IMG/VR virus record: IMGVR_UViG_3300034691_000069
Source of the DNA: a virus
Lineage: Duplodnaviria; Heunggongvirae; Uroviricota; Caudoviricetes
DNA: 64,000 nucleotides
Strand: one strand, 5' to 3'
Shown: positions 46,465-56,558 of the stretch, piece by piece
Layout: each line of letters opens with the position of its first letter
Numbering within the stretch: position 1 is the first letter of the stretch
The notes under the pieces: generated by a model
What the model was told of the DNA's origin: nothing
Seen by the model: the letters and a program-made list of their open reading frames with translations, nothing else
Database searches by the model: none
Position numbers and translations under genes: made by a program

Positions 46465-47352
46465 TTGAAACTATTTGAGAGGTTGTATATGGACAATAAA
46501 CGAATAGAAAATTACAAAAAGGCGGTAGAATCATATGCTGCTATAATCTACGAAGAAAAAATAAAACTTTTTGAATATGAAGAATTATTAATAGAAAAAA
46601 AACAAGAATATCAAAGAATGTTTTTTCTTAAACGTTTATTGAATAAAAATAAAAAAAATGATATTCAAACTGTAAATGAATACATCAATATATCAACTAA
46701 TCTCATACAAAAAACAAAAAAGTCTTTAGAAAATGATAAAGATATGTTAATCAAAACTTGTATTGATGATTATATTAATGCTGATGAAGAAAGATCTGCT
46801 GAATATCATCGGTTAAAGAATAATTTTAACACTCAAAAATCAATATTTGAAATTATGAGCACTGCTGAGAAACATGGAAGAAAGGCAGTAGAATCGCTCT
46901 ATTCAACCATTGGTGAGATCAATAATATATTAGCCTGTGAAGCATTAACGACGAGTTACGATGACATATTCATACCAGAAATAAATAGACAGATTGTTAA
47001 TACTATTGGTTTTATAGAGTGTTTTAAAAAGAGTGTAACTTATGGAGCAATTCAAGTTAAAGGTGTGAACTCTCTTGAAGATGTATCTATTTGGGAAAAT
47101 ACTTCAAATGTCCTGAAAGACGATAAAAGCCAATATATAACAATAAGAAATTCCAGAAGACAGTTGAAAGCTAACATGGCTGATATTAATACTTCATTAG
47201 CCGTCATGAAAGTCGCACACAATATAATGAATAATGAAAGGAATAGGCTAGTTGAACCCTATAACCTTGCGAACAGGACATTTAATGGTTTCTGGAATGA
47301 AATGACTGCTGCTGTCAAAGATAATTTAGAAAAATATGATGTAAAAGTATAA
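46465..47352 (+). CDS. AT-rich coiled-coil-like hypothetical protein (295 aa); stop codon lies inside (GTATAA)7 repeat
   Basis: ORF track; strong GAGAGG RBS; compositional outlier. Confidence 0.5.
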   Translation: MKLFERLYMDNKRIENYKKAVESYAAIIYEEKIKLFEYEELLIEKKQEYQRMFFLKRLLNKNKKNDIQTVNEYINISTNLIQKTKKSLENDKDMLIKTCIDDYINADEERSAEYHRLKNNFNTQKSIFEIMSTAEKHGRKAVESLYSTIGEINNILACEALTTSYDDIFIPEINRQIVNTIGFIECFKKSVTYGAIQVKGVNSLEDVSIWENTSNVLKDDKSQYITIRNSRRQLKANMADINTSLAVMKVAHNIMNNERNRLVEPYNLANRTFNGFWNEMTAAVKDNLEKYDVKV

Positions 47353-47388
47353 GTATAAGTATAAGTATAAGTATAAGTATAAGTATAA
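47347..47388. repeat. hexanucleotide microsatellite (GTATAA)x7
   Basis: seven perfect tandem units; first unit contains TAA stop of 46465..47352; followed by hairpin ggagccAGTCggctcc. Confidence 0.85.
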
Positions 47389-47413
47389 GGAGCCAGTCGG
47401 CTCCTTAGTTGTT

Positions 47414-47902
47414 TTAAAGGATGACTTGATATAAAGCGGCTTTAAGTTCTGGCGAGTCTTGAATAGCCTCATGAAATTCATTCCTCTCATCATCCAAGAT
47501 TGATTTATTAACACAAAAACTATTGATAAAGCTTAGCTCATCAAGAATAGAATATGCAGAACGGAGAGTAGATTGTCCAGCAGCAACCGTTTCAGCCCAA
47601 ATAATAAGCGATTGCTCGCCTAACTGATATAACCCAACAAAAATCAGATCCCGAGAACCTTCTAAAGCGTTCAAATAAGTATTCGTGGTAAATAGCTTAA
47701 ACACATCTACTGCAATTTTCGAATCAAAGAGTCCCAACATCAAATCATGCGAATTATCTTCATCAAACAGCATCGAAAGGTCTTCAACTGTTTCAATGTC
47801 ATATTCGTTATCTGACAAGTCTCCAATCGCCAAAGACATGTCAGGCTTTTTCAACATGCCCGCGTAACTGGCATTTAAAGGGTTTTGAATAACTGTTAAC
47901 AT
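47414..47902 (-). CDS. hypothetical acidic protein
   Basis: ORF track. Confidence 0.5.
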   Translation of the reverse strand: MLTVIQNPLNASYAGMLKKPDMSLAIGDLSDNEYDIETVEDLSMLFDEDNSHDLMLGLFDSKIAVDVFKLFTTNTYLNALEGSRDLIFVGLYQLGEQSLIIWAETVAAGQSTLRSAYSILDELSFINSFCVNKSILDDERNEFHEAIQDSPELKAALYQVIL

Positions 47903-47929
47903 CGTAAAAACTCCTAATTAAATGTATCG

Positions 47930-48175
47930 TTACAGTGTCGGAAGTTCCAAATCAACTTTTTTAAACAAACCATAACCACCGTTGTCATCAGGAAAAAAGA
48001 ACTGACCTGCAATCACATGCATGATTCCATTTGAAATTTTATGGATGTGTAAAATTGAAAGTTCTGCTTTAAAGTTTGGATCATCTTTTTTAAACGAAAT
48101 ATCGCCATAGAAGTAATATGAACCGACTTCTTGTGGAACAACTTCTGTCCAACCATTATCTGTGTTATCTGACAT
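47930..48175 (-). CDS. hypothetical protein (81 aa)
   Basis: ORF track. Confidence 0.45.
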   Translation of the reverse strand: MSDNTDNGWTEVVPQEVGSYYFYGDISFKKDDPNFKAELSILHIHKISNGIMHVIAGQFFFPDDNGGYGLFKKVDLELPTL

Positions 48176-48261
48176 ACATATCTCCCATTAAGACGTGTAA
48201 TATAACATAAATAAACAATAAAAAAAAGGGCCGAAGCCCTTTAATGGATAAGTGTCTTCTT

Positions 48262-48927
48262 TTATTTAACAGCGGCTTTCTGAATACGTTCAAGGTGGTT
48301 AATAAAGTCAACGGAAGTCACATTCATATAACCTTTTGGATTTACATAGTCAGGAAACCGCACCAAGAAGCGTTCTGCAATAAGATCTCGCAGATAAGGG
48401 CTTACTTTTGGGTCAAAGTAGATCACATCACGGAGTTCTTCCTTCAAGAAGTGAGTAACACCGAGTTCCAAATAAATTTCGAGGAACGCCTTCATGTGTT
48501 CATCTGTAAATTTGAGGGTGTTGATTTGCACTTTCATGGTCAATGCTTTCTCAGGTGCAGTTTCTACAATTTTTTCCATCTTCAGTACTTCAAGACGTTC
48601 TTTGCCATGAATACCGGCATTGTAAGTGCTATTTTCTTTAACACATTCTTCCACTTCATCATTATAAGCTTTCAACAAAGCGACAATTTCATCACGCATG
48701 TCAACAGCTTTGTCAGACAAACCCGAATCATCCGAACAACTCACGGCTTCTGCAATTTCCAGCAAAGAGATGGTGGTGTCTTGATCATCAAAGAACACCG
48801 ACTGAGCATCAGATACTGGCAACAACTGGGATCGGATTTCTTGTTGAGTTTTCTGAGATGCCTGAACAGCTTCAATGATTTGAGTAAGCGACATGAATGT
48901 TTTCCTTAATAAGTTTTGATAACGCAA
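48262..48927 (-). CDS. paralog family A member 4 (221 aa)
   Basis: ELGVTHFLKEELRDVIYFDPKVS block matches family A. Confidence 0.55.
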   Translation of the reverse strand: MRYQNLLRKTFMSLTQIIEAVQASQKTQQEIRSQLLPVSDAQSVFFDDQDTTISLLEIAEAVSCSDDSGLSDKAVDMRDEIVALLKAYNDEVEECVKENSTYNAGIHGKERLEVLKMEKIVETAPEKALTMKVQINTLKFTDEHMKAFLEIYLELGVTHFLKEELRDVIYFDPKVSPYLRDLIAERFLVRFPDYVNPKGYMNVTSVDFINHLERIQKAAVK

Positions 48928-48990
48928 GTATATCAGTATTAGAGACGAAAAAAAAGCCCATTTCTGAGCTTTTTGATTTTATTTCTTAAA

Positions 48991-49218
48991 TCAGTCTTCT
49001 TCGCAGCCGTAAATCAAGTCCATGCCATCATTGGCCCACATGCGATCTTCACACTCACGGCGTTCGATTTCAAGATATTCGTCTTCGTCAAACCATTTAA
49101 TATCGTGAGATTCAACCACTGCAATACTAACGGTTTCATCTTCTTCAATAACACGATAAGCACCGACTGGCAGTTCGTTACGTGCTTTGTAGAATTCGAA
49201 TGAAGTCAATTCTTTCAT
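48991..49218 (-). CDS. hypothetical acidic protein (75 aa)
   Basis: ORF track. Confidence 0.45.
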   Translation of the reverse strand: MKELTSFEFYKARNELPVGAYRVIEEDETVSIAVVESHDIKWFDEDEYLEIERRECEDRMWANDGMDLIYGCEED

Positions 49219-49364
49219 GGTCTTGTATCCTTTGTAGATTTCGTTTAAGTGAGATAATTATAACACTGTCCCACATCATAAACAAGGTTTTTAAAAACAA
49301 AAATCAATCATTTCGCCAAACAGTTTCAACAACTTTAAACAAGCTGGTGATAGTTTTATTTCAT

Positions 49365-49880
49365 TTATTTTTCAATCAAATCGTCAAGTTTGATAACACG
49401 TTCATTGGATTCAATAATCATATTGAGCAATGTGATAACCATATCACTTCCCACAAAAGAAAAGTCTTCAATTTTATTAATAACTGATTTCAAATCACCA
49501 CTTTTACTTGCATAGTGAGACGATTCAATGGCCCGCTCAAAAGAACTCGTACAACGGCCAGCACGAGTAAAAGCAGAAATAACAACGGTAGCCAGAGCCT
49601 GTTGTTGCTCATGCTCGACACAGATCATCACTTTCAAGAGATCTCGTTCAATTTTATCAAACATTTGCATAATGTCTGGTTTTGCTTCAAATCGTTCAAG
49701 GCACGCTTTCAATTCAACAATGTAATCATAAACTGCTTTGAATTCTTCTGCGGCAATGAATGCACGCCATTTAGCAGTTTCCAGAAAGAAACCTTTGAGG
49801 CTAACGCCCTGAATGAGTTCAACAACATTGATGAGTGTCAGAATTTGATCGACATGTTGTTGAGTTTCTTTATTAATCAT
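49365..49880 (-). CDS. hypothetical protein
   Basis: ORF track. Confidence 0.5.
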   Translation of the reverse strand: MINKETQQHVDQILTLINVVELIQGVSLKGFFLETAKWRAFIAAEEFKAVYDYIVELKACLERFEAKPDIMQMFDKIERDLLKVMICVEHEQQQALATVVISAFTRAGRCTSSFERAIESSHYASKSGDLKSVINKIEDFSFVGSDMVITLLNMIIESNERVIKLDDLIEK

Positions 49881-49974
49881 GAGAACACCTCTAAGGATTT
49901 TATTGGCGAAAACTAAACAAGTGAGACAATTATAACATTATCTCACTTTATGAACAACTATTTAAAAGTCTTTG

Positions 49975-50259
49975 TTACATATATTCGCTGTTATCTGCCA
50001 AGTCTTCGTCTTTGAGCATGTATTGACGCATATCAACAAAGTGAAGACGAATTTTGTTAGCAGCGGCTTCAAGGTCTTCAATGACCAGTTTGTCAGCATA
50101 ATCAGGAACAGTTTTGTCAACAGTGTTCAATACCAACTGGCGAATGTCTACCATGATTTGCTGAGTATCAGACATTTCATGGAATTGGTCGCTGGAAACC
50201 TTGATGGATTTCAGTTTGGTTTGGTCAGCGTTTTCTTTGAACTTGATAGTGGTTTGCAT
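49975..50259 (-). CDS. hypothetical protein
   Basis: ORF track. Confidence 0.45.
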   Translation of the reverse strand: MQTTIKFKENADQTKLKSIKVSSDQFHEMSDTQQIMVDIRQLVLNTVDKTVPDYADKLVIEDLEAAANKIRLHFVDMRQYMLKDEDLADNSEYM

Positions 50260-50387
50260 AGTCTTTATTCCGTTTTAGTTAATATCTGAATTATACCGAC
50301 AAACAATCGGATGAACAACACTTATTTTAAATATTTTTATGATTTAGAGGAAAAAACGCCTCGAAAGGCGTCTTATAACAATTTAAA

Positions 50388-50792
50388 TTACAGTCCAAAG
50401 TGTTCAGGAAACTTGTCAACCAGTTCTTCCGCCCACTGGTAGTCTTTGTTCGACGGCCAAGGCGTTTCTGGGCGAGCGTCGATAACTGTGAAGCCGTCTG
50501 TCAAATCGGCGTCATAACGTGTAGGAGCCTGTTCTGTAGGACGAACGCCGTAAATATCAACAGCTTTCCCTTCTGGGTTAATCACATAGCAGTGAACAAC
50601 GTCACCATCAACCATTTTTGCCTTAATAGGCCACTGGGTTTTGTAGTGGAGTGCCAAAGCAAGCATGAAGCAATTACCGCACGTAAATTCGGTTTTAACG
50701 AAGTCATCAACCCCGTTACTGGAAACCCAAGTCTCATAGTCATCGGAAACATTGCCGTGGTCTTGAATGAGTTGGGCGTCTACTGGATGCAT
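50388..50792 (-). CDS. hypothetical protein
   Basis: ORF track. Confidence 0.5.
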   Translation of the reverse strand: MHPVDAQLIQDHGNVSDDYETWVSSNGVDDFVKTEFTCGNCFMLALALHYKTQWPIKAKMVDGDVVHCYVINPEGKAVDIYGVRPTEQAPTRYDADLTDGFTVIDARPETPWPSNKDYQWAEELVDKFPEHFGL

Positions 50793-50859
50793 TGTTGTAA
50801 CTCCTTGATTTTGATAAAGCTATTCTAGCAAAAAAAGCATTCTAAAACAAGCTTTTTTA

Positions 50860-51396
50860 CTAAAATTCTGGTCGAGTGACTTGGTAGATGGCGTTATAGA
50901 CAGTCTTCACCACCTTCCCATTGTTCAGGGTGATAAAAACAGCCCGGTCACTTTTACGACCCAACAATTTTTCCCATAAGTTTTTAGGCAGGTCTTTGAC
51001 TTCGACAGCAGAAACCACACCAACGTCAACAAAACTCTTGCTGTTAACTTCATCAAAGCGTTCATTCAATTTAGAAAAGAATTCACCAGAGTGACCACAA
51101 TGATTACCAACTTTCAGATTTTGAGTGAACTGGTTGCGGACAACAACGGTAGATGGCATCAGCGAGGTCGAATTAAACAAACGTTGACTACCACCATATT
51201 GCTCATTTTCGGTAACTAATCCTTCTGCAATCAAATCTTTAAGGACTTGAATGGTAACAGGATACGCCCGAACACTGGGTTGAGTGTAGTAACCTTTCCG
51301 GCGAAGATGGCTGAGCACATCGCTACGGATTTTCTGATATTCGGCTGTGGTTTCTGTCATGTTAATATTCCGTTTTAAAAGTATGCCTTTCGGCAA
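50860..51396 (-). CDS. hypothetical protein
   Basis: ORF track. Confidence 0.5.
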   Translation of the reverse strand: MPKGILLKRNINMTETTAEYQKIRSDVLSHLRRKGYYTQPSVRAYPVTIQVLKDLIAEGLVTENEQYGGSQRLFNSTSLMPSTVVVRNQFTQNLKVGNHCGHSGEFFSKLNERFDEVNSKSFVDVGVVSAVEVKDLPKNLWEKLLGRKSDRAVFITLNNGKVVKTVYNAIYQVTRPEF

Positions 51397-51487
51397 TATT
51401 TATAGTGGATTTCAATGAGATTATTATACCTAAAAACCATATTTTAAGCAAGAAAAAAGAAGCCGAAGCCTCTTTTTATTTTTTCAA

Positions 51488-52153
51488 TTATGGTGAAACA
51501 GGCTCTCTACATATTTGATTATAGTAGTAATCCAAGCGATTTTGTTCACTAAATGTGTAATTCATCATAAACGTTCCGCGTGTATAAACATAGCCAGCAC
51601 TTACAAAAGTTGCTGTTTTAGGAGATGTTGTTGTTGTTGTTATATTACTCTTGATAGTAGTTCCCTTCCACATGATTAGCGAACCATAAGTAGTAGTGTA
51701 AGCAGGCCAATTAGTTTGAGCAGCGTCAGCCCAAAATGTATTGCCAACGGTATAACCACATTCTTTAACTATTTTAGACCCAACAGCATTAACAGTATAA
51801 GAAGCATCAGTTAATAATTTAGTTTCTTTGGTATCCACAGAATTACGAATAACCCCAGAAACAGTATTTTTTTCTGATGTTGTCATTATTCGCTCTTGGG
51901 CCTGATGACAGCCAGAAAATGTTTTCACATAAGTAATGCCAAGGGGTTGCGTGTTTTCAAGTGGATTTTCACTTCCACAATCATATGGACTGCCAATATT
52001 TAACCAATTAGTGTAGGTAGGTTCATTCTGAATCCACTGACCAAGATTTTTAAAACTAATAGGGACATTTGGATATTGAACAATATAAGTTGCATAAGAA
52101 GATGTACATAATACTGAGAAAATTGATATAGCAAGATTTTTTTTGAAGTTCAT
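51488..52153 (-). CDS. secreted Cys-repeat family protein (one W...SP.DC...P.EN...G..Y.KTFSGC.Q.QER..TTSEK.TV.G.IRN module + C-terminal domain)
   Basis: signal peptide; module matches 52252..53289 and 10188..11054. Confidence 0.6.
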   Translation of the reverse strand: MNFKKNLAISIFSVLCTSSYATYIVQYPNVPISFKNLGQWIQNEPTYTNWLNIGSPYDCGSENPLENTQPLGITYVKTFSGCHQAQERIMTTSEKNTVSGVIRNSVDTKETKLLTDASYTVNAVGSKIVKECGYTVGNTFWADAAQTNWPAYTTTYGSLIMWKGTTIKSNITTTTTSPKTATFVSAGYVYTRGTFMMNYTFSEQNRLDYYYNQICREPVSP

Positions 52154-52251
52154 AGTCTTTTTTTATTTTTGTTGTTATTATTATAATACAAAAAAATTTA
52201 TATTCTGTCAAAGATAAAAACAAAAAGAAGCCTAAGCTTCTTTTCTTTTTG

Positions 52252-53289
52252 TTATGGTGTAACAGGTTCTCTACAGACTTCATAATAGTAGTAAAAAGTG
52301 CGTATATTATCATTATGACCAGATTTCTCTTTAAACGCACCGCGTGTGTAAACATAGCCAGATTTGACATAATTAGCAGATTTTGGATAAGTTGTGCTGC
52401 TGTTTGCAGTGTTAACAAGTGTGGCACCAGCCCATTGTAAGCCCATACCATAAGTAGTTGTATAACCATCATAAGTTGCAATATCATACCATCTAGCAAA
52501 AGCTCCACTTGCTGCTGAATATCCACATTCTTTAACTATTTTAGTGCCTGTCGCATTTGTAGTATAAGTGGCATCAGTAATAAGCTGAGTTTCCTTCGTT
52601 GTTTTCACGTTACGAACATTGCCTGTAACAGTATTCTTTTCAGATGTCGTAACATCACGCTCTTGTGATTGTTTACAACCAGAAAATGTTTTTACATAAG
52701 TTGAACCAAGTGTTTGTGTGTTTTCAAGTGGTGCAGCACTTGTGCAATCATGTGGAGATTCAAGGTTTCTCCAACCTGTATAAACTGGAGCAGTTTCTAA
52801 CCATTGACCAAAATCGGTAGTGCCAATAGCATTTACTTTGTAACTAGCGTCAGTTAACACCTGTGTTTCTTTGGTGCTGACTTGATTACGAATAGCTCCA
52901 GTAACAGTTTGTTTTTCAGAAGTGGTTACAGTTCTTTCTTGGGATTGCTTACAACCCGAGAATGTTTTTTCATAAGACACACCAAGTTGTTGTGTATTCT
53001 CAAGTGGTGCAGCACTTGTACAATCATGTGGAGTTCCCACATTAACCCAAATAGAGATGACAGGATTCGTTGGAACCCATTGACCAAGATCTTTAAAGAT
53101 TACAGGAACATTTGGATATTGTATTTGATATTCTGCGAAAGAATTCATTCCTAACAATGAAAGTACAGGAACTAAGAGTATTTTTTTAATGGACATGATT
53201 TTTATTATTATTATTAATACTATAATACAAGTGGTTTTATATTGTGTCAATTTATTGTTATATAAAATTACTTTTTTTTTACCATACAA
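52252..53289 (-). CDS. secreted Cys-repeat family protein (two tandem modules + C-terminal domain); true start probably internal Met MSIKKILL
   Basis: signal peptide; duplicated 90-aa module; tandem to 51488..52153. Confidence 0.6.
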   Translation of the reverse strand: MYGKKKVILYNNKLTQYKTTCIIVLIIIIKIMSIKKILLVPVLSLLGMNSFAEYQIQYPNVPVIFKDLGQWVPTNPVISIWVNVGTPHDCTSAAPLENTQQLGVSYEKTFSGCKQSQERTVTTSEKQTVTGAIRNQVSTKETQVLTDASYKVNAIGTTDFGQWLETAPVYTGWRNLESPHDCTSAAPLENTQTLGSTYVKTFSGCKQSQERDVTTSEKNTVTGNVRNVKTTKETQLITDATYTTNATGTKIVKECGYSAASGAFARWYDIATYDGYTTTYGMGLQWAGATLVNTANSSTTYPKSANYVKSGYVYTRGAFKEKSGHNDNIRTFYYYYEVCREPVTP

Positions 53290-53312
53290 AAAAAAGAAGC
53301 CGAAGCTTCTCT
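53286..53312 (-). terminator. rho-independent terminator (aaaaaagaagcCGAAgcttctcttttt)
   Basis: hairpin with CGAA loop and flanking runs. Confidence 0.55.
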
Positions 53313-53334
53313 TTTTTTCACAACAAATGTCAAA

Positions 53335-53811
53335 TTAACGGCGGTTGAGCCATTCCTTGATTCCTTTAATGGTCTTACTCACTTTAACACCTTGATTACG
53401 AATGTCGATGCACTTGTTCACAAACGTCAATTCATCACGGCTCATTGGGCGACCAAAGAGCATCTTAGCGTTGTGAGCACTTTGAGCATCAAAAGTGGCT
53501 TTATCGCCATAGTTGGTATTGAACGAGTTCAAACCTTGGACGGTCAGCGAAGCAATGCCATCAACCATGATAGTCACCATGCCTTTGCGTTTCAAGTTGA
53601 GCAGGACGGCATTCACTTGGGCTTTTTTGATGATGTCAGAAATAGTGTGAATTTCCGAGGTTTTAACAGAACGATAACCCAGTTTGGCAATACTGGAGAT
53701 AACTTCGCGTTCTAGCTGAGTAACTTGGGTCATTGTGATCCTTAAAAGAGATGTGGGAGTTAAAAACTCCCAAAGAAGTAGTAGTTTACGCTGTTTCGAG
53801 ATGAGCCTCAA
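53335..53811 (-). CDS. winged-helix DNA-binding protein (likely starts at internal Met MTQVTQLERE)
   Basis: MarR/wHTH-like segment ISSIAKLGYRSVKTSEIHTISDIIKKAQVNAVLLNLKRKGMV. Confidence 0.45.
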   Translation of the reverse strand: MRLISKQRKLLLLWEFLTPTSLLRITMTQVTQLEREVISSIAKLGYRSVKTSEIHTISDIIKKAQVNAVLLNLKRKGMVTIMVDGIASLTVQGLNSFNTNYGDKATFDAQSAHNAKMLFGRPMSRDELTFVNKCIDIRNQGVKVSKTIKGIKEWLNRR

Positions 53812-54178
53812 GCTGCATTTTTTCGAGCAGTGGTGTGCTAGGTGTTGAGTAATATTCTTGCCAAAACTTCATGTTCACAGTGCCTTTATCTTTAAAGACA
53901 TGATTGTAAACTTTTTCAGTAACGTTAGAAGCTGTCGCCTCATCCAGCAGTTGACTGGTATGGCGGAAAATAAAACCACCCCGAACAAGGATAGTGCAAA
54001 AGAAGCGGACAGCAACTTCTTGCTCACCATTTTTTCCATCAACCACGAACTTAGCTGAGTCGTAGTCAACATTGATGACATCGGCAGTGACGATTGATTG
54101 AGGGAACATGATGTATATCCTTGCTCTTGCTGATTGTGTAGATGTATTATAACAGAGTTTTATGAGCGTGGCTATCAT
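53786..54178 (-). CDS. hypothetical protein
   Basis: ORF track. Confidence 0.5.
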   Translation of the reverse strand: MIATLIKLCYNTSTQSARARIYIMFPQSIVTADVINVDYDSAKFVVDGKNGEQEVAVRFFCTILVRGGFIFRHTSQLLDEATASNVTEKVYNHVFKDKGTVNMKFWQEYYSTPSTPLLEKMQLEAHLETA

Positions 54179-54208
54179 TTTCAGGCGAAAACCACACTAA
54201 AAAACAGT

Positions 54209-54451
54209 TTACACCTCGTAAACGTCGATGTAGTCACCATAATGTTTTTCCAAGATAGCAACCAGATGTTCATAGTCACTCGACATCATTTCTTTTGTAA
54301 TCGCTTCGCGTTCTTCTCGCGGAACTTGAAGTTGCTTACCAATGTTTTCAGCAATTGCCATCAAAGAAAAAGCATTCCCTTCTTGACCACGAAGATCAAT
54401 TTGAACTTTTTTAGCCATCTCGGAGCGAGATCGAATAGTCATAATAGTCAC
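54209..54451 (-). CDS. hypothetical protein (80 aa)
   Basis: ORF track. Confidence 0.45.
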   Translation of the reverse strand: MTIMTIRSRSEMAKKVQIDLRGQEGNAFSLMAIAENIGKQLQVPREEREAITKEMMSSDYEHLVAILEKHYGDYIDVYEV

Positions 54452-54524
54452 CTTTTAGGTTTTGATGCCACTATTCTAGCAAGAATATGGTTTTGGGGCA
54501 AGCAATATCGTATTTTTTTTATCA

Positions 54525-54809
54525 TTAAGAAACAAAATATGAAACAATACTTGTCATGATTTTAAAGAAAAGAATAGGCAATATTAAAATCATATAGAAA
54601 CACTGAAAAATGCCTAGACCTATTGAAATAGAAGGATCTTTTTTCTCTAATTTTTTGTATAAATTAACAAAGATTTTATCTTTCATAATTAATATCATCA
54701 TGATAAGATTAACAGAAACCAAATAAAATGCAGCATAATAGTCATAATAAACGATACTTAATGTTAAACTTACTATCAAATAAGATATTAAAAATAAAGA
54801 AAAAAACAT
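54525..54809 (-). CDS. small membrane protein
   Basis: ORF track; hydrophobic. Confidence 0.45.
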   Translation of the reverse strand: MFFSLFLISYLIVSLTLSIVYYDYYAAFYLVSVNLIMMILIMKDKIFVNLYKKLEKKDPSISIGLGIFQCFYMILILPILFFKIMTSIVSYFVS

Positions 54810-54865
54810 AATACTCCAAAATGTTATTACTATAGTTTATGACAATCGTTTAAAAAGTCAATATA

Positions 54866-55321
54866 TTAACGTTTTTCCTTTATTGTAAATCCGAAGTGTT
54901 GGTTAATCCAAGAAACGTCAAGTTTCCACTGAAACTTTGATCGGTCATTAAATAAATTGAAAGCTTTTTCAATATAGCGTTCTGTTTGTCTCATGGGGAC
55001 TTTATTGATAGCTGAGAAGTGAGATTTAGCATGATTATAACGACCAGTCACCATTGCCATGCCGATATGTTTCACTTGATGGCAGGGAGGACAAAGAGCA
55101 ACAGTTCTCACCAGACGTTGTACCTTATTGATATCGTCATATTCCCAAACCTCATGACATTCAACCGGCCACTTGTCACCAACACCATTACAGATTTCAC
55201 AACGATTATCTGCAGCCTTAAATGTGCTGAGTTTGACTTCTTTCCATTGAGCTTCTGTGAGGTGATCCCTCAAATTGGAAAACCAGCAAGATTTAGGTAC
55301 AAGTTCGATAGTTAAAATCAT
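54866..55321 (-). CDS. HNH endonuclease (zinc-finger type, CEICNG...ECHEVW...LCPPCHQVKH)
   Basis: CxxC...H..W + CxxCH..KH HNH/zinc-ribbon arrangement. Confidence 0.65.
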   Translation of the reverse strand: MILTIELVPKSCWFSNLRDHLTEAQWKEVKLSTFKAADNRCEICNGVGDKWPVECHEVWEYDDINKVQRLVRTVALCPPCHQVKHIGMAMVTGRYNHAKSHFSAINKVPMRQTERYIEKAFNLFNDRSKFQWKLDVSWINQHFGFTIKEKR

Positions 55322-55499
55322 TAGACAGCCCCATGTTAATTTAAAAATATTTTAGCCCAAAAGGTTCAATAACGCAACTTTAGACAAAAAATAAGACATT
55401 TGGTTAAAATGCCTTATTCAAAATGGTTGATAATTGAAGATCTCAATCATTTTGGTTGTTGTTTTAGACAACACTTTTTCAAAGTTGTCAAGCTTTTTC

Positions 55500-56372
55500 T
55501 TACCACTGCGGTGTGAACTGATATCCATTGCTTGATTTTGGTGGTGTGTACCATGAAGGCCATTTTGTAGTCGAATCATACAAGATATTAGTGAAATCAA
55601 CATTGGTAAAACTACTCGTACTGAGATCAGCTCCAATCAAATTTGCGTTAGTTAGGTTCGTATTAATAAATGCAGTATTAGTTAATATAGCTCCTGTAAA
55701 ATTTGCATTAGTAAAGTTCGTGTCAGTGACATAGGAAGTATCAAAATTAGCATTCGTTAAGTTAGCATTGGTCAAGTTTGCACCAACAAAAGCAGCATTA
55801 GTTAATACAGCACTTGTTAAATTAGAGTCAGTAAAATTAGTTTTTTCTAAATATGATTTATCCATATAAGCATTTGTTAAGTTAGCATTACTAACATCTG
55901 CATTCGTTAATGCAGTGCTTTCTCCATTTACGGTAAACTGAGTGCCTATTAGGGATGCTCCTGATAGATTACTGTTAGTTAAGTTAGAATTACCTAATAT
56001 AGCTCCATCTAATATTGAATTTGCAAAATTAGTAAAAAGCATACCGGTTTTATCAAGCGTGTAACCAGAAAGATTTCTATTTGAATAATCACCACAACTA
56101 ATGTCATAGTCTCGTATAGGATCAGTCAAAGGGTTTATTTTATTAGGAAACGAACCACATTTAGCTTCATATGCAGCCAATATAGTAGGGTCAGTAAAAA
56201 CTAATCCTCCATCACCATCACCATTACCACCACTACCGCCTGAGCCACCACTGGAAGTGTTATCATTGAAAGAAATTGCATGTTGAATTGGAATATGAAT
56301 TTGATAATCAGCTTGCGATAAAGTGCCTAAACTGGATAGAGCAATTAATGCTAAAATATATTTTTTTGTCAT
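55500..56372 (-). CDS. secreted pentapeptide-repeat protein
   Basis: signal peptide, Gly/Ser/Asp linker (SGGSGGSGGNGDGDGG), then about 30 A(N/D)(L/F)(T/S)N pentapeptide repeats. Confidence 0.7.
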   Translation of the reverse strand: MTKKYILALIALSSLGTLSQADYQIHIPIQHAISFNDNTSSGGSGGSGGNGDGDGGLVFTDPTILAAYEAKCGSFPNKINPLTDPIRDYDISCGDYSNRNLSGYTLDKTGMLFTNFANSILDGAILGNSNLTNSNLSGASLIGTQFTVNGESTALTNADVSNANLTNAYMDKSYLEKTNFTDSNLTSAVLTNAAFVGANLTNANLTNANFDTSYVTDTNFTNANFTGAILTNTAFINTNLTNANLIGADLSTSSFTNVDFTNILYDSTTKWPSWYTPPKSSNGYQFTPQW

Positions 56373-56558
56373 TTTTACCTCAAAATTAATGAACTATTTA
56401 TTTCTTATTAAATAGTATTAAAGTAAAAAGGCAAGCGTAATTGTTAAATATATAATTAATCTAAAAAAAGATATTTTTATGAAAAGTAATTATATAAAAG
56501 TAAAATAAAAAGAAACCATCGCAGGTTTCTTTTTTAAGTTTAGTCTATCAATGAAATT

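Noticed and set aside
47347-47388. Possible CRISPR array (GTATAA tandem repeats; 24-bp direct repeats at 61958-62008)
   Set aside because: The repeats are contiguous with no spacers, the units are too short or too few, and there are no cas genes.
47326-47514. Minus-strand ORF translating to ...YLYLYLYLYLYLYFYIIFF
   Set aside because: It is an artefact of reading through the (GTATAA)7 microsatellite and the bidirectional terminator.
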